Part shown: piece by piece, positions 39,445-51,640 of the stretch | How the letters are laid out: every line of letters begins with the position of its first letter | How positions within the stretch are numbered: the first letter of the stretch is position 1 | Source: a virus | Lineage: Duplodnaviria; Caudoviricetes | IMG/VR virus record: IMGVR_UViG_2706795801_000001 | Span: 69,825 to 133,824 of that record | DNA length: 64,000 bases | Reading direction: 5' to 3' (one strand) | Notes under the pieces: generated by a model | What the model was told of the DNA's origin: nothing | The model's input: the letters and a program-made list of their open reading frames with translations, nothing else | Database searches by the model: none | Translations under genes and position numbers: made by a program

Positions 39445-41562
39445 TCAATGAATAGAACTATACTTCTGACCAAATTGTACGTCGCACCCAAGGTTACGTC
39501 TAAGTAGGAAAGTTGTATTAACCTTATCAATAGCATCAAGTGTAATCTTCTCCATCATAGACCTAGCTTTAGGGCTATCTTTAAATGCCACAATATATTC
39601 GTCATGAAAACAACCAGTTAGCTTCTTAACTTTAAACACACGTTCCATCTCAGTTAAGATATTATCTACCCAAATATCAAAGAAGAAACTACCAGTACCT
39701 TGTGCAAGGGTAGAAAATCTATCTTTTTCTGTTCTTAATGAATAACAAAACCCATTAATAGGATTAATAAGCCACTTCTGTTTACGTGAGTCCTCAAACA
39801 CACATTGTTCTTCACCAATAGCTTTAACACTCCAATTAAGTTTCCAATAACCTTCATGTAGTTGTTTTGCAAGGCTAAGGTCTATACCACCACCTCTCGC
39901 TATTGCCTCTGGTGAGCCACCGTACACACTTGCGTAATTAGTAGTTTTGCCACCCTTACGTGCCTTGGCAACAGCCTCCTTTATATCCCCAACCAAAGTC
40001 TTTAACTTAAATCCTTGGAGTTCGGCATCACTCACCATACCTGCAGAGTGTGCTGTTAGGATGTGTGGGTCATAGTCTTCTGCCATCATAGTGGCAACAT
40101 AGTCTGGATCATGTGGCAACATAAAATGGTGTTTGGTTCTATCCTCTAGTGAGGATAAGTCACTACCAAGTAAGACCTCACCTTCCAAACATGTTAAACT
40201 ACCCCTTAAATCTTCACCGTAAGGTTTATCAACACCTACTAGATTTACAAGCTCCCGATGACGTATTCTTAAAGTATTTGTAAATCCACCAATCCTTGCC
40301 TTTAAATAACCATCTTCAGACAAGTCTCGTAAGAACCCCTTGATAGTGTCTAACCTATGTTTTACCATAGTATACTTATCATACTTTAATATCTTAGGTT
40401 CACTCTCAGTAAGTCTTAGGATAGAAGGACAAAGCTCTTTACCATCATCACCATCAATATTTATTTGTGGTATTTTCCTTGGTATGGGTTTATCTTCTTT
40501 CCTAAAGCCACCTTTAACCCACAGCTCCATTGCCTCTGGGTCTTTAACGTACTTAAAAGTTTCTGGAACCCATCCATGTGAGTAGAAGAGCTTCTTAAGC
40601 TGGTCTGGAGAGTTAGCATTTGGTTTCTCATATTTATTAATTACAGAGACTTCATTTTCACTTTCTGTGAAGTTGGTAAGATTGTTCCCATACTCATCAA
40701 CCTTACCTATATTCTCAATGGCTTGATTCCACTTGGCAGTTGCAACCTTTATAGTTCCATCTTTTTTATAAGGTTCTATAGGTTTCTTTCTACTGCCATA
40801 CTTAGGTATTGGTGGCATAATAGATTCAAGATCCTCTTTAGCCTCTTCAATTATCACACTTAACTCTTTGTGAACGCGCGCAATGTTTTCAACATCAGCC
40901 TTCCACCTAGTTTTTTCTTGTAATCTGGCACAATCCATCTTAAACATTAAAAATGTTAATATTCTTTCCACATACTCATCAACACTGCTGTTATTCACAT
41001 AACGGTCTAAGTATACCACTTCAGCACTACTCAAACGTTTTGGGTTAACTTTACCACTATCAATACAGTGTTTTGTTACAGTATAGATTTCTTCCAACCT
41101 TAACATGAAGTCTTGCCAGAGTGCAACGTTAATCTTCACATCCTCTTCACAACGGAATTTATACTCTTCATAAGTCAAATCATCCCAGTTATCAATTTTA
41201 GGTTTAGCAATACCGTAGTCTTCATGGAAAGAATCTAAACCATGTAACTCTCTTTTAGTATTTAGATACCAAGATAGTGCAACAGTATCAATAACCATTA
41301 AATCTGTTAGGTCAATATCTAATAGCTTCTCACACAAAGGGACATCAAATAGTACCATGTAATGACCAACTACAGGTATTTTATTGTCAATATGGTATTG
41401 AAGAAATTTTTTAAACCTTGCATGGTCTGTACCTTCAATACTCCCAGACCTACCATCTGCCATTTGGAAGGAGAGTACATGGAATACACTTGCTTTATCT
41501 AAAAGCCCATTAGCTTCTATATCAAATACTGTGCCAAGCCTCCAGTTATTTATATATTTCAA
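39445..41562 (-). CDS. Family A DNA polymerase (T7-like) with 3'-5' exonuclease
   Basis: Exo FDIEANGL, FD, RC..DV; motif A GSDLSSLEDR; motif B KTTNYASVYGG (Tyr at the 762-equivalent position); motif C FHDE. Confidence 0.95.
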   Translation of the reverse strand: MKYINNWRLGTVFDIEANGLLDKASVFHVLSFQMADGRSGSIEGTDHARFKKFLQYHIDNKIPVVGHYMVLFDVPLCEKLLDIDLTDLMVIDTVALSWYLNTKRELHGLDSFHEDYGIAKPKIDNWDDLTYEEYKFRCEEDVKINVALWQDFMLRLEEIYTVTKHCIDSGKVNPKRLSSAEVVYLDRYVNNSSVDEYVERILTFLMFKMDCARLQEKTRWKADVENIARVHKELSVIIEEAKEDLESIMPPIPKYGSRKKPIEPYKKDGTIKVATAKWNQAIENIGKVDEYGNNLTNFTESENEVSVINKYEKPNANSPDQLKKLFYSHGWVPETFKYVKDPEAMELWVKGGFRKEDKPIPRKIPQINIDGDDGKELCPSILRLTESEPKILKYDKYTMVKHRLDTIKGFLRDLSEDGYLKARIGGFTNTLRIRHRELVNLVGVDKPYGEDLRGSLTCLEGEVLLGSDLSSLEDRTKHHFMLPHDPDYVATMMAEDYDPHILTAHSAGMVSDAELQGFKLKTLVGDIKEAVAKARKGGKTTNYASVYGGSPEAIARGGGIDLSLAKQLHEGYWKLNWSVKAIGEEQCVFEDSRKQKWLINPINGFCYSLRTEKDRFSTLAQGTGSFFFDIWVDNILTEMERVFKVKKLTGCFHDEYIVAFKDSPKARSMMEKITLDAIDKVNTTFLLRRNLGCDVQFGQKYSSIH

Positions 41563-41579
41563 ACTTTTACCCTCCGCAC

Positions 41580-43376
41580 TTAAAGTATTGCTGTAGGTAA
41601 TACTACAGGTGTCTTAGGTTGTGGCGTAAAGTCCATCTTAAGTACTGTATCCACTTGCTTTTTAGGTTGATATGACTTAGGTTCCTTCGGTTTTATAATA
41701 GGTTCTTCACAAACATACATTCTACCATCATTACCCATATTCATAACGTCACACGTACCTAGGAAGCTCCACTCTCTATTCTTTTCTACCCTAGTCCTTA
41801 CTGGCCCACGAGTACCATCTGGCATTACTAAATTTTCCAACACTATAATAAGTGAGGACATTTGTTCGATCCCTGATGATCCTCTCAGCATTTCCTTACG
41901 TACCTCTCTCCAATAAGGTTGTGGGTCATCATCCTTACTAGCTTTAGCTTGTTTGTGGTCTTCCACGCGCTTCAAATGACATACTGCATGAACTGTAACA
42001 TCATTGACTGTTACAAAAGCCGCTAAGGCTTCATATAACATATCAAGATCTTTACGCTCATTTGACTCTAAACCTGCCACTACCATACTAACATGATCTA
42101 AGAATATGTGTTGGCAACCACAGATAAAATGTAAGTATCTAATCTGCTGCATAAGTTTATCAACTTTTAAGCTACCAAAATGGTTAAGGAAATATGTCCT
42201 ACCGTTTGATAATACAGTATCCTTGGCAATTTGTGCCTCCTCACGAGTACACACACTTAAAGGGTTAGCCCTAAACTCTGGTAACATTACCCCTAATTCT
42301 AGTGCAAGTAATGCTTGTTGTGTCTTCTTGGTAGGCTCTTCTAGGAAGATTGCACCAGTGGTATAACCAGCTTTATTTAATTCCCACATGAACTCACGGC
42401 TAAGTGTACTTTTGCCTACACCAGAAAAAGCTGCGTACGTGATTAATTCATTACCTACACGTAAACCTTTAATCTTATTCATTAAGAGTGGGTATCTTGT
42501 TAAGTAATGACCTTCTTTAAGAGGTTCAAGTAAGTCATCTAAAGATGAATCATCACCAGAGATAACTTTTTCTGGGCTGTACTTCTCATGACCAAAACTT
42601 AATAGTTTACCAAGTTCTACACTCTTACCATCATCATACATTTCTCGTGGGTCTAAGTATTCACCATAGTCCACAACCCTTAAGTTATCAGATAATAGGA
42701 ATGACGCGATATCTTCTGTAGCCTCTTTTCCTTTTCTAATACCCATTAATGTTTCTTTGGGAGTTGCACTATCACTGTCTAAACCTAATACATATAAGTC
42801 AAAAGAGCGGATAAACTTTTCATTATGTGCAATAGATTCTTGTGCATTGCCAGCCCCACAGTTTAACCCTACAACATTAGGGGTAATCTTACCTTCCCAC
42901 TTAGTCCCTTTAAGTGAATCAAGCATACCACGATATGCCGCCACTGTACTGCCTTCACCTTCAATTTGGACTAAGAGTTTGCCACCTTGTTTACATTTGT
43001 TCTGACCAAATAACATAGATTTGACACCGACAGACCCAACTGTTGTAAAGTGTCTTGGATGTTCTTTTGCAACAGTCCAGTCTCTTTTCTTATAACCTAC
43101 AATATCACCTTCTTGGTTTGGATATGGAAAATATGTTGCAAGTAATTTGGAGCTATCATTAGGGTCTATTCTAGATCTAATCCCAAAGTACTGTGCGTCC
43201 TCTCTCAAGATACTTTGTTTAGGAACAGCAGTTATAGGTAGCTTGTTTATATCCTCAACTGTCTCTTCATACCAATTTGATCCGTATCCACCACCTTGTC
43301 TAACTTCTATAGATGCAGGAGTATTCTTACCACCTTTCTTATAAGTTTTCATACCAACTTCTTCACTCATCAACAC
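41580..43376 (-). CDS. T7 gp4-like primase-helicase (TOPRIM plus SF4 helicase), no N-terminal Zn finger
   Basis: GYKKR, LFGQ, IEGE, LDSD..G, Walker A AFSGVGKST, IFLEE, FLDH, HLKR, LRGSSGIEQ, KNR. Confidence 0.9.
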   Translation of the reverse strand: MLMSEEVGMKTYKKGGKNTPASIEVRQGGGYGSNWYEETVEDINKLPITAVPKQSILREDAQYFGIRSRIDPNDSSKLLATYFPYPNQEGDIVGYKKRDWTVAKEHPRHFTTVGSVGVKSMLFGQNKCKQGGKLLVQIEGEGSTVAAYRGMLDSLKGTKWEGKITPNVVGLNCGAGNAQESIAHNEKFIRSFDLYVLGLDSDSATPKETLMGIRKGKEATEDIASFLLSDNLRVVDYGEYLDPREMYDDGKSVELGKLLSFGHEKYSPEKVISGDDSSLDDLLEPLKEGHYLTRYPLLMNKIKGLRVGNELITYAAFSGVGKSTLSREFMWELNKAGYTTGAIFLEEPTKKTQQALLALELGVMLPEFRANPLSVCTREEAQIAKDTVLSNGRTYFLNHFGSLKVDKLMQQIRYLHFICGCQHIFLDHVSMVVAGLESNERKDLDMLYEALAAFVTVNDVTVHAVCHLKRVEDHKQAKASKDDDPQPYWREVRKEMLRGSSGIEQMSSLIIVLENLVMPDGTRGPVRTRVEKNREWSFLGTCDVMNMGNDGRMYVCEEPIIKPKEPKSYQPKKQVDTVLKMDFTPQPKTPVVLPTAIL

Positions 43377-43825
43377 CCTCCACTTTTAACTAAGTTACTT
43401 GCTTGCACTGCCAACTGGTCAGCCAAGTCATTATAGTATAAATCTGAATGACTCTTAACCTTAACCCATTTAACATTATGTTGCTGGCACAAGGAATGAA
43501 GATGCTGTATCAAATGTTTGTTTTTGACATCTCCTCCAGCCTGTGTCTTCCATTTCTTTTTACTCCAGCCTATATACCATTTAGTTATACAATCAATAGT
43601 ATATTGACTATCACTGTAGACGGTAACGTCACAAGGTTCTTTTAATGCCTCTAGTCCGACTACTACAGCGGTAAGTTCTGCTATGTTAACTGTAGCATCT
43701 GGTAGTGGTGTAGAGATATGTCTTTCTTTACCATTAAAGATTAACACTGTCCCTGCACCACAGTGGAATTTACCATCTTCTGCCTTCAGCGCGCTACCAT
43801 CAGTCCAACAATCTACTTTCTTCAC
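43370..43825 (-). CDS. rnhA: Ribonuclease HI
   Basis: WTDGS, T.NIAEL.A, YSDSQY, W...W, VKN..L, VKSH....N..AD.LA; GTG start at 43825. Confidence 0.95.
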   Translation of the reverse strand: MKKVDCWTDGSALKAEDGKFHCGAGTVLIFNGKERHISTPLPDATVNIAELTAVVVGLEALKEPCDVTVYSDSQYTIDCITKWYIGWSKKKWKTQAGGDVKNKHLIQHLHSLCQQHNVKWVKVKSHSDLYYNDLADQLAVQASNLVKSGGC

Positions 43826-44633
43826 TAGTCTCAATCTCCTCCATCCGTAACCCATCCACATCAAAACTAACCTTACTAGGTTTCATATATCTTTCTGCCA
43901 ATATATGACATGTTTGGTTCTTTGCTACAGAATTGTCGAATTCACTTACTGTATTACTATATAGGTTTCCGCCAATAGAGGTATCACAATCATTCCAACC
44001 TTCCACATAAGCTTCTTTCACCTTACTTTCCAACCATTCAATTTGTTCATCTGTTAAATTGCTAAATTCCATACCATCTCCTCCTATTAATGCATCAAGT
44101 TCTTCATACCAACACTAATCTTCCACGCTATCATATGTGCTTTTGTCTTAGCTTCATATCGAGCGATATTTAGTTTGTCTGCAAAAGATTGATGCATGTC
44201 AGTGGTTGATTCATTATTACAATACACTTCAACCCACGCTGTAAGTTCCTCAGCGTTGATTGTAGCCCCTTTTGTACATATTACCTTATGAGATTCAGAC
44301 ATTCGTATTATCTCCTCTTGAATAGTTTCTTATTGCTTACATTAAGAATTAATTACCCCAACTATCGTCATCCGATTCACTACATAATTGTTGTTCTAAT
44401 TCACTTGTCTCCGCGACACATTCATAGTGTCTGATAACATCATCCCATGTGATAGAGTGTTTGTCAACTGCGTAACCTTCTTCATTATATACCAGCATAT
44501 CAATGATATCATAACCACCTTGGTAATCTCTATCACTATCTGCGTTCCACTTACTCCCTTGTGGTTCTGTGTACTCTACTGTAGCTTCACATGTGTAACT
44601 ACCTTTTTCAAAAATAATATTATGTTGGGACAT
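43800..44633 (-). other. Three small hypothetical CDSs (43800-44072, 44087-44302, 44349-44633)
   Basis: Co-oriented ORFs with RBSs. Confidence 0.6.
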
Positions 44634-44922
44634 TACGACACCGCCTTAATCAACTCTTCTTGCATCACATCTTCTACAGTGATGCCACGGATTTTAGCAA
44701 TACCTTCATAGATATTCAACAGTGATTCGGTGACCATTAATTCAACTTCAATTTTATGTTCCATGATTGTTTCCTCTTATTGTGATAGATTATTTTGTTC
44801 AGCAGTGATCAACTCAATGTCAATCTCAACACTACGTAGTTCGGATAGTAAGTATCGCATGTAATCCTTACGCTTTGCAAGTAACATATTTAATTCTTGT
44901 ACACGTTTTCGTTGGTCAGTCA

Positions 44923-45585
44923 TTACAAAACTCCTTCTTCTTTCAGACGTTTAACTAGACGCTTCACAGTTGATGCTGATTTATTAAATCTTATACAAAC
45001 TTCAACTTGTTTCTTACCATCCACTAACATATCTTCTGCTTCAATTTCCCAACCTAAAATATGACGAACTTTATCCTTCCAACGATCAGCGTCTTGTTTA
45101 GCATCTAAAGCTTCTTGTTGTAACGCTAGAAACTCTTCTTCAATCTCATACATTTCTTTCATAACTCTCATTCTCCCAGAAAATGTTAAACCCTTGGCAG
45201 TAACTTTATCCATGTCAAAGTATTTACTATCTCTTACCTGTACCACTTTTGGATGAGTAGATAAGTTTACTGCGTTTTTGAATTGATTAATATAACCTGC
45301 TGACAAAGGCATAGCTGTAGCCCAATCATACTCCTTGTTAGTTTTATCAACCACATCATATACATCCCTAAATATCTTAGCAACATTCTTAAAGTCCCTA
45401 TCAAACCAGAATTCTAAGACTTTTATTAAATCCCCATAAGTAGCTCTGTTAGGTTTTAAACCCTTTATATCACGTTTAATTCTACTCAACTCTCTATGAA
45501 CAGAAGATTTAATATGGTGCAATTTAATCTTCTCTGCTGCCTGCTCTATTTCATACATCCGATCAGGATCTATTCTATCATCCAT
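44923..45585 (-). CDS. Hypothetical protein with coiled coil and C-terminal HTH
   Basis: KQVEVCIRFNKSASTVKRLVKRLKEEG; AGGAG RBS. Confidence 0.6.
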   Translation of the reverse strand: MDDRIDPDRMYEIEQAAEKIKLHHIKSSVHRELSRIKRDIKGLKPNRATYGDLIKVLEFWFDRDFKNVAKIFRDVYDVVDKTNKEYDWATAMPLSAGYINQFKNAVNLSTHPKVVQVRDSKYFDMDKVTAKGLTFSGRMRVMKEMYEIEEEFLALQQEALDAKQDADRWKDKVRHILGWEIEAEDMLVDGKKQVEVCIRFNKSASTVKRLVKRLKEEGVL

Positions 45586-46262
45586 TGTATCTCCTATAAG
45601 TTCTTTGTTTGACCTCTCTTATTTATTATAGCTCATATAGAGAACCTATACAAGGTTGGTTTATAGTCTTGTTTACAGGTCAAATGATGAACCTATATAA
45701 ATATACTTTATATTAATTTAATATTGTATAGATACAATAACTTATACACTATTTATACATAATAACCATAAGATTAATTACGTTGTTTTATCAATTTATT
45801 GTTATACATCTATAATATCTATATAACAATTACACATTGACTAGATGAACACCACACGTATTGAACGAAGTGATAATAGGTTGGTCTAGTGAATCTTAAT
45901 ATTAACCTACATTCCGATAGGAATACACTATACTATCCAAGACCGTTAAGGTCAACCATTTTCCTGTGTTAACCCTAAGAATCTTACTATAATAAAAGTT
46001 AAATGTAAACCTTTAGGTTAAACTAATTATGGTTAACACAAGTATTACTTCTTTACGCTTTTAACCAAATAATTATCTCTAAATATCCTTAATCTTTAGT
46101 CTTGTATCTTTAATCATTTTACATGTAGCTTTTAATCTATAAATCTTATATAGGTCTTGATGTTGTTTTACCAATAGGGATAGTGTGTTCCTGACGGAAC
46201 CAAGTTTAACAGTATAAGTTATTCATAGTCGTGTGGCAAAAAGCACCACACTCCTTGTCTAA

Positions 46263-48470
46263 CTAAGTTCGCTCACATGTTCCATGCTCACTCACTGTGT
46301 TGTGTTCCAATTTATAAATAATATTATCAATATCCGCTAATTGGTTCAACCATTTTTGTTCAACTTCATATCGTAAACCCTTATATGCTAATAACTCTGT
46401 TGAGTATTGACGGATTGAACCTTGACATTGTGTTTTATCATTACGACCTTTATTGTGACCTGTTGTAGATGAACAAGATTCCATAACCATGCCAGTATGA
46501 CTATTGAATGAGTAACCTTTTATAAGAAGATCACCCCACAAATCTGGTGGTACTAAATCAGGTAATACTTCATGAGTAGTTTTATCTGCAACCATAACTT
46601 CAATAGTACGTCTTAAGATACGAATTTCATTTTGTAAACTGTCTAAGTGTAATTTTTCTTTCTTGTTCATAGCCATATTAAATATCCCCCTTAAACCTTC
46701 TTGGAACTCTCATACCAACCAACACACTCCTCTCAGTACTTCTTAGGTGAGACATCATTACTCTGTGTTTCTTTTGATGGTAATTTAAATCTTCATAGTA
46801 AAAACTTTCCATCTCTCTAAATAGTTTACTGATAGTAAGTGGGTTATACTTCTCAATTATGGTAATTAATTCTTCAGTGATGTATCGATCCATCAGTTCA
46901 TCATTAATCTGTTTAAGATAGAACCTACGGTACACACTACGTAATCTCACTTGAGGATTTTGTGATTTACATGCACGAATAAATAATTGTGTGACATCAT
47001 CCATTACTATTCTCCTTGCTCTAGTTTAATTAGTAAATCTTTAGCTTGTTTAACACGAAAAGTCTTAAGTCTACGTTCAGCCTTTTCTTTGCATAAGAAG
47101 TATGCCTCTGCTTCATACTCAAAACTCCCAGAGAACAGTAAATCCCTGATGAAATTTCTATCCAACACCATATTATTTGCGTGTATATTTGTACTACCTT
47201 TATGTAGTGCCGCTAGAAAATTTACATTACTCTCAGGTATCTTAACAAACCCGCAAAATATAAAGGTATCTAACCTAGAATTCTGTTGGTTGAAACGGTA
47301 AACCAATTGACCATGTTCTATGGCACCCCTCACAACATCATATGCAATCTTGTTAAAACCTGTTTTCATATCTGCAATAACAATACTATCAATCTTATCT
47401 TGTGTCAACATTAACTAATCTCCTCAATTTCACCAGTGTTACGATTAAACCATACTAAATCTTCAAAACGATTATCAGCGGGTGTAGTTGTATAGTGATC
47501 GATTACCACACCATTGTCAACAACTTTATCCAGTGTATGGTGAAATACTCGAATCTTATCCAATTCTAATCGTTGTGTAACACTTAAATCTGAAACAACA
47601 ATAACTTTTTGTAATTCTACAATCACACGGTAACTAACGTTGAATAGTCGCTTGTAAGCTACCTGAGCCTCTGTGTGATGATTTGAATTATATAATGCGA
47701 ATGAATTGACACATTCAGACATTGAGTGGCTTAAAACGCTTCCTAGGACGTCTGAGAGGTGGTTGGTATTGATGATCATGTTTATCTCCTAAATATTATC
47801 GATTTCACATTCTGTTTCAAGTTGCTGTATGCGTTTCTTTAGTTCAGCCAATTCTATTTTCTTGGTCTTAAGTGCCACATTCTGTCTCACCTCGAGTATT
47901 TTGTCAACTGCAGTCTTAAATTCTTCATGGGAACTAAAACTACCATATAAGGATTGGTCAGCCAAAGATGCAAACAGTTTACCATCTTCTCTGGTTGTAA
48001 AAGTTATAGATGCGTACTGGTGAGTGCTAGACTTTAATACTCGTTGTAACTCTGTGTTAATCTCATTAAAATAGTCAGTCATTTTATTACTCCGTTATAA
48101 ATTCGATTGCTAGATATGTACCTTTACTTGCCATTGAGACTGAGTATAGTCGAGTGACACCACTTAGTAAAGTATTATTTATTGGATCAATTAAGATAGG
48201 GGATTTAGGCATACAACTCTTAATCCCATCAGAAGATAATACTCTTTCTAATCGTCTGATACTATCTGCTTGTTTAGGAGTAACAGGGTTGTGCTTAAGT
48301 GTATGTAGTAGCCATTTAGCTGTTTGGGGAGTAACAGAAAACATTGATACCCCGTCATCGTCAGAGTGCATGCTACGCCAATGTGAAGCTAATCCAGCAA
48401 CTACGTCAACTTCTTTATTACTAACATCATGTTTGTATTTATCACCCATAATTTCTCTAAGTTTAAACAT
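46263..48470 (-). other. Six hypothetical CDSs (46263-46676, 46678-47004, 47007-47411, 47411-47779, 47789-48082, 48087-48470)
   Basis: Tightly packed operon with RBSs. Confidence 0.6.
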
Positions 48471-48481
48471 ATACTATTCTC

Positions 48482-48988
48482 CTATTTACCTAGTTTCATA
48501 CATTGTTGTAGCATCTTAACATTACGTTTTACTTTCTGCAAGTAATATTCACCACGTTTATAATTATTACCTGCATTGTATGCCATCACCATTTTCTCCC
48601 AATCACCTTTGTGGACTTTCTTAAAATGTTTTAATACATTAAGTGCATATTTAGCAGCCACCTCATCATTATAGGTCATGTTGAATGCTAGAAGGTAACC
48701 CAGTATTACATTATCCACACCAGCAATAGATTTCATTGTATTAATATTTATTGCATATAAACCGAAGTCTTTACTACGAGTATTAACACGTTGCACACCA
48801 AGAGAACTCTCAGTCATTGCAATAGCTGCTAGTGTAAGCCCTAAATCGCTCCCTGAGCCACGATTATATGATAACCTCGCATTATGTTTCTGGTCATCAT
48901 TAAGCTGCTTAAACACGTTACAGTTATTCTCAGAGGCATATAATGGTGCAACTAAAGATGTTGCAAGTAATAGTGTAATTAATTTCAT
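48482..48988 (-). CDS. Lytic transglycosylase (SLT-like) with signal peptide; candidate endolysin
   Basis: AIAMTESS catalytic Glu, DFGLY.IN, AYNAG; cleavable signal peptide ending LYA. Confidence 0.8.
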   Translation of the reverse strand: MKLITLLLATSLVAPLYASENNCNVFKQLNDDQKHNARLSYNRGSGSDLGLTLAAIAMTESSLGVQRVNTRSKDFGLYAININTMKSIAGVDNVILGYLLAFNMTYNDEVAAKYALNVLKHFKKVHKGDWEKMVMAYNAGNNYKRGEYYLQKVKRNVKMLQQCMKLGK

Positions 48989-49143
48989 TATTTGTTCCTA
49001 TATGATTAATTCAGGTGTAGTATTAAACATGTAATCTGATGTGTCAAGAATTGTTCGATAAATTATTATCACAAAGAAGAATTTAATAATTTATGAAATG
49101 ATATGTTGACATCGGAAATAAGTGGTGTATAGTGATGGTAACT

Positions 49144-51576
49144 TAACAAGAAGGAGAGAGAAAATGACATTATCTAAAGAAGATTTGGAATACGGGTTTA
49201 CAGAACAAGATGTAGAAGAACTACAGAGTTTAACCATTGAGGATGTTAAGCAGTGGGATTTTAAAGGACAGACACCAGCCCAGAGAGGGTGGTATTATAA
49301 TGAAAATATTGATGTTTGTGCTTATATTTCTGGTGGTTCAAGTTTAACCATTTATTATGGACGAAAGGATAACCACGGTAACTCTGCATCAAGCTTTAAT
49401 AAGTGCCTAGAGTTGAGAGGGGGAGAGAGAAAATGATTAAATACGAATTAACTTTTACAGAGGCAATGCAGGTGCTTATTAACAAAGAAGGTTGGGTACA
49501 AGGAGAGGATTTCAGCACTGGAGTGGTGTTAATGTTTGATAGCGATAGTGTAGGTAAAAAATATATCCACGTACATGATTTTACATTAGATTATTTTGAT
49601 TGTAAGTGGGATTTACATATAACACGAGGTATACTAAGCCAGAAATATCGTGTAGTATCTACACAACCTGACGCTGAAAGAAAGATTAAATAAGGAGAAT
49701 ATAGTATGAGATTATCAACACCATGTTTTGAAGGGTTCAAAGGTTTTGTATTTGATGTAGCAGACATCTCAATGGCAGTAGGTAGTAATTATGACAACAG
49801 GGAATACGCTTTTATTTGATAAATAATGGTTGACACTAGGTTAGTTGTGAAGTATATTTATAGGGTTGAAACCAAATAGGAGAGAAACAAAATGAAACAG
49901 TATATTATTATGAACAAAGATGAGAATCGTTTACAAATTGAAAATAACCACAATCTGTTTATCCTCTCTGGGCAACTAGGAAATGAGTATGTGCAAGACA
50001 TTAAACCTGTTATATACAACTCTAAATGGCTTGCTAAATGGAAATCTTGGCAATATGGATGTATCATAGTTGAAGTAGAGATGAGTGACATAGCTTATGA
50101 TTTACCTAAATCGGCATATAAATGGTTAATGCGCAAAGAGAATAAAGAAGTATTCAAGGTCTGGGGTGACAAAATTATAGACTATCCTTCAACAGATTAT
50201 ATGGAATTTAATTTCTAGGAGATAATATTATGTGGTTAAAACAAGAAGATTTACACTCAGTAGGAATAGAAGGGGTAAACCCTACCGTTGTAAGTATCTG
50301 CGGTATATCTATATTGCTAGGTTGTATTGGGGACTGTGGTGGCATAAACAGTGTACACAACCTGATAAACAAACTAGTGATGATTAAAGATAATGATGTG
50401 ATAGTTACAGAAAGGAGTTATGACAATTTAATCAAACATCCTGACTATAATCTGTTTACAACATATTCTAATTCAGATTACTATGTAGGTCAGAATGAAA
50501 AAACTATCGAGAACCTGTTAAGCTATTTTCCAGAACTAAATATCCTAGGTGATTGTGATAAGTATAAATTTGGGATAGTATGTAGAGTGGTTGAAGATGA
50601 TTTCAGATTCCATAAAAATGGAGGGTATCGTGGGAAGGATGAAGTACAGGAGCACGTATATGATAGCCCACAAGAACAGTACTTTAGTTTTATGGTTGTA
50701 ATGATGGAAAATACTGAGGTTGAGAATCTGTATGAGTAAACTATTATCTGGTTTAGAAAGTGAGAAATTATAGGTTGACAATCATCCAGAATACTATGAT
50801 AATGCACAACACCAAGCGTTAGTTAAAACTGACATAGAAATACGGTACCGTGTGTTAGCTATGCTACACTAACTAAATTCAAGAGGGGTTTAATATGCAA
50901 CTTATTCAAAACCAACCTGTATACTTCAAACAAGATGATATGTTCAAAGTAAAACAGTCGGTATCTATAGATAGGACATCACACTACTTCTACTTTACAA
51001 GAGTAAGAGTTTTGTTGGAAGATGCCGTAGGTGAGACTGAGATCACTATCTCACCAGATAGCAAAACAATTTACTGGGTCGATAATCTGACTACATTAAA
51101 CTCAAGAGCATTTAAATTTTCTCAAGAGGAATTGACACGTTTATTTAAAGATTGCTTATATAGTGAGCCAACGAAAGTTAGTGATCTTTCTGTTAAATAT
51201 CTAGTGGATGTAGAGGGTTACCTAAAAAGTATAGATATTACATGGGAATTTATTGATATTGGTATTGATATTGGTATTGATATTGGTGTGGATATTGATT
51301 AAGGGAGATTTTATGAAAATTTTTAGTTTCTTTATTAAAAAGACAGAGGAAGTACCAACAGAACTTGAGGGGGCAATAGAAACTTGGGTTGTTAGTTGGA
51401 GAAGTGTTTACTGTTCTGTTGGAGACCATTATCATACAAATCAACATTTTCAGTCTTTTGTAAATAAAAATACAGCAGAAGAGTATGCCAATGAACTCAA
51501 GATGGCGCGCAAACTTTTAGGAGATAAAGACTTAGGTGTATACGTTGAGAAGCAAACACCACCAACTAATATATAA
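49144..51576 (+). other. Small early/middle hypothetical CDSs (49164-49436, 49433-49693, 49892-50218, 50230-50739, 50895-51302, 51313-51576)
   Basis: Co-oriented ORFs with GGAG RBSs behind TTGACA promoters at ~49107, ~49830 and ~50776. Confidence 0.6.
51251..51298 (+). repeat. 12-bp tandem repeat TATTGATATTGG x3 plus one degenerate unit
   Basis: Read directly; encodes IDIG repeats at the C-terminus of 50895-51302. Confidence 0.9.
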
Positions 51577-51610
51577 ACCTAATCACAAATGACAATTTGA
51601 TATATTAAAT

Positions 51611-51640
51611 AAGCCCTCAGCGTTTGCTAGAGGGCTTTTC
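51611..51640 (+). terminator. Intrinsic terminator
   Basis: AAGCCCTC..GAGGGCTTTT. Confidence 0.75.
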
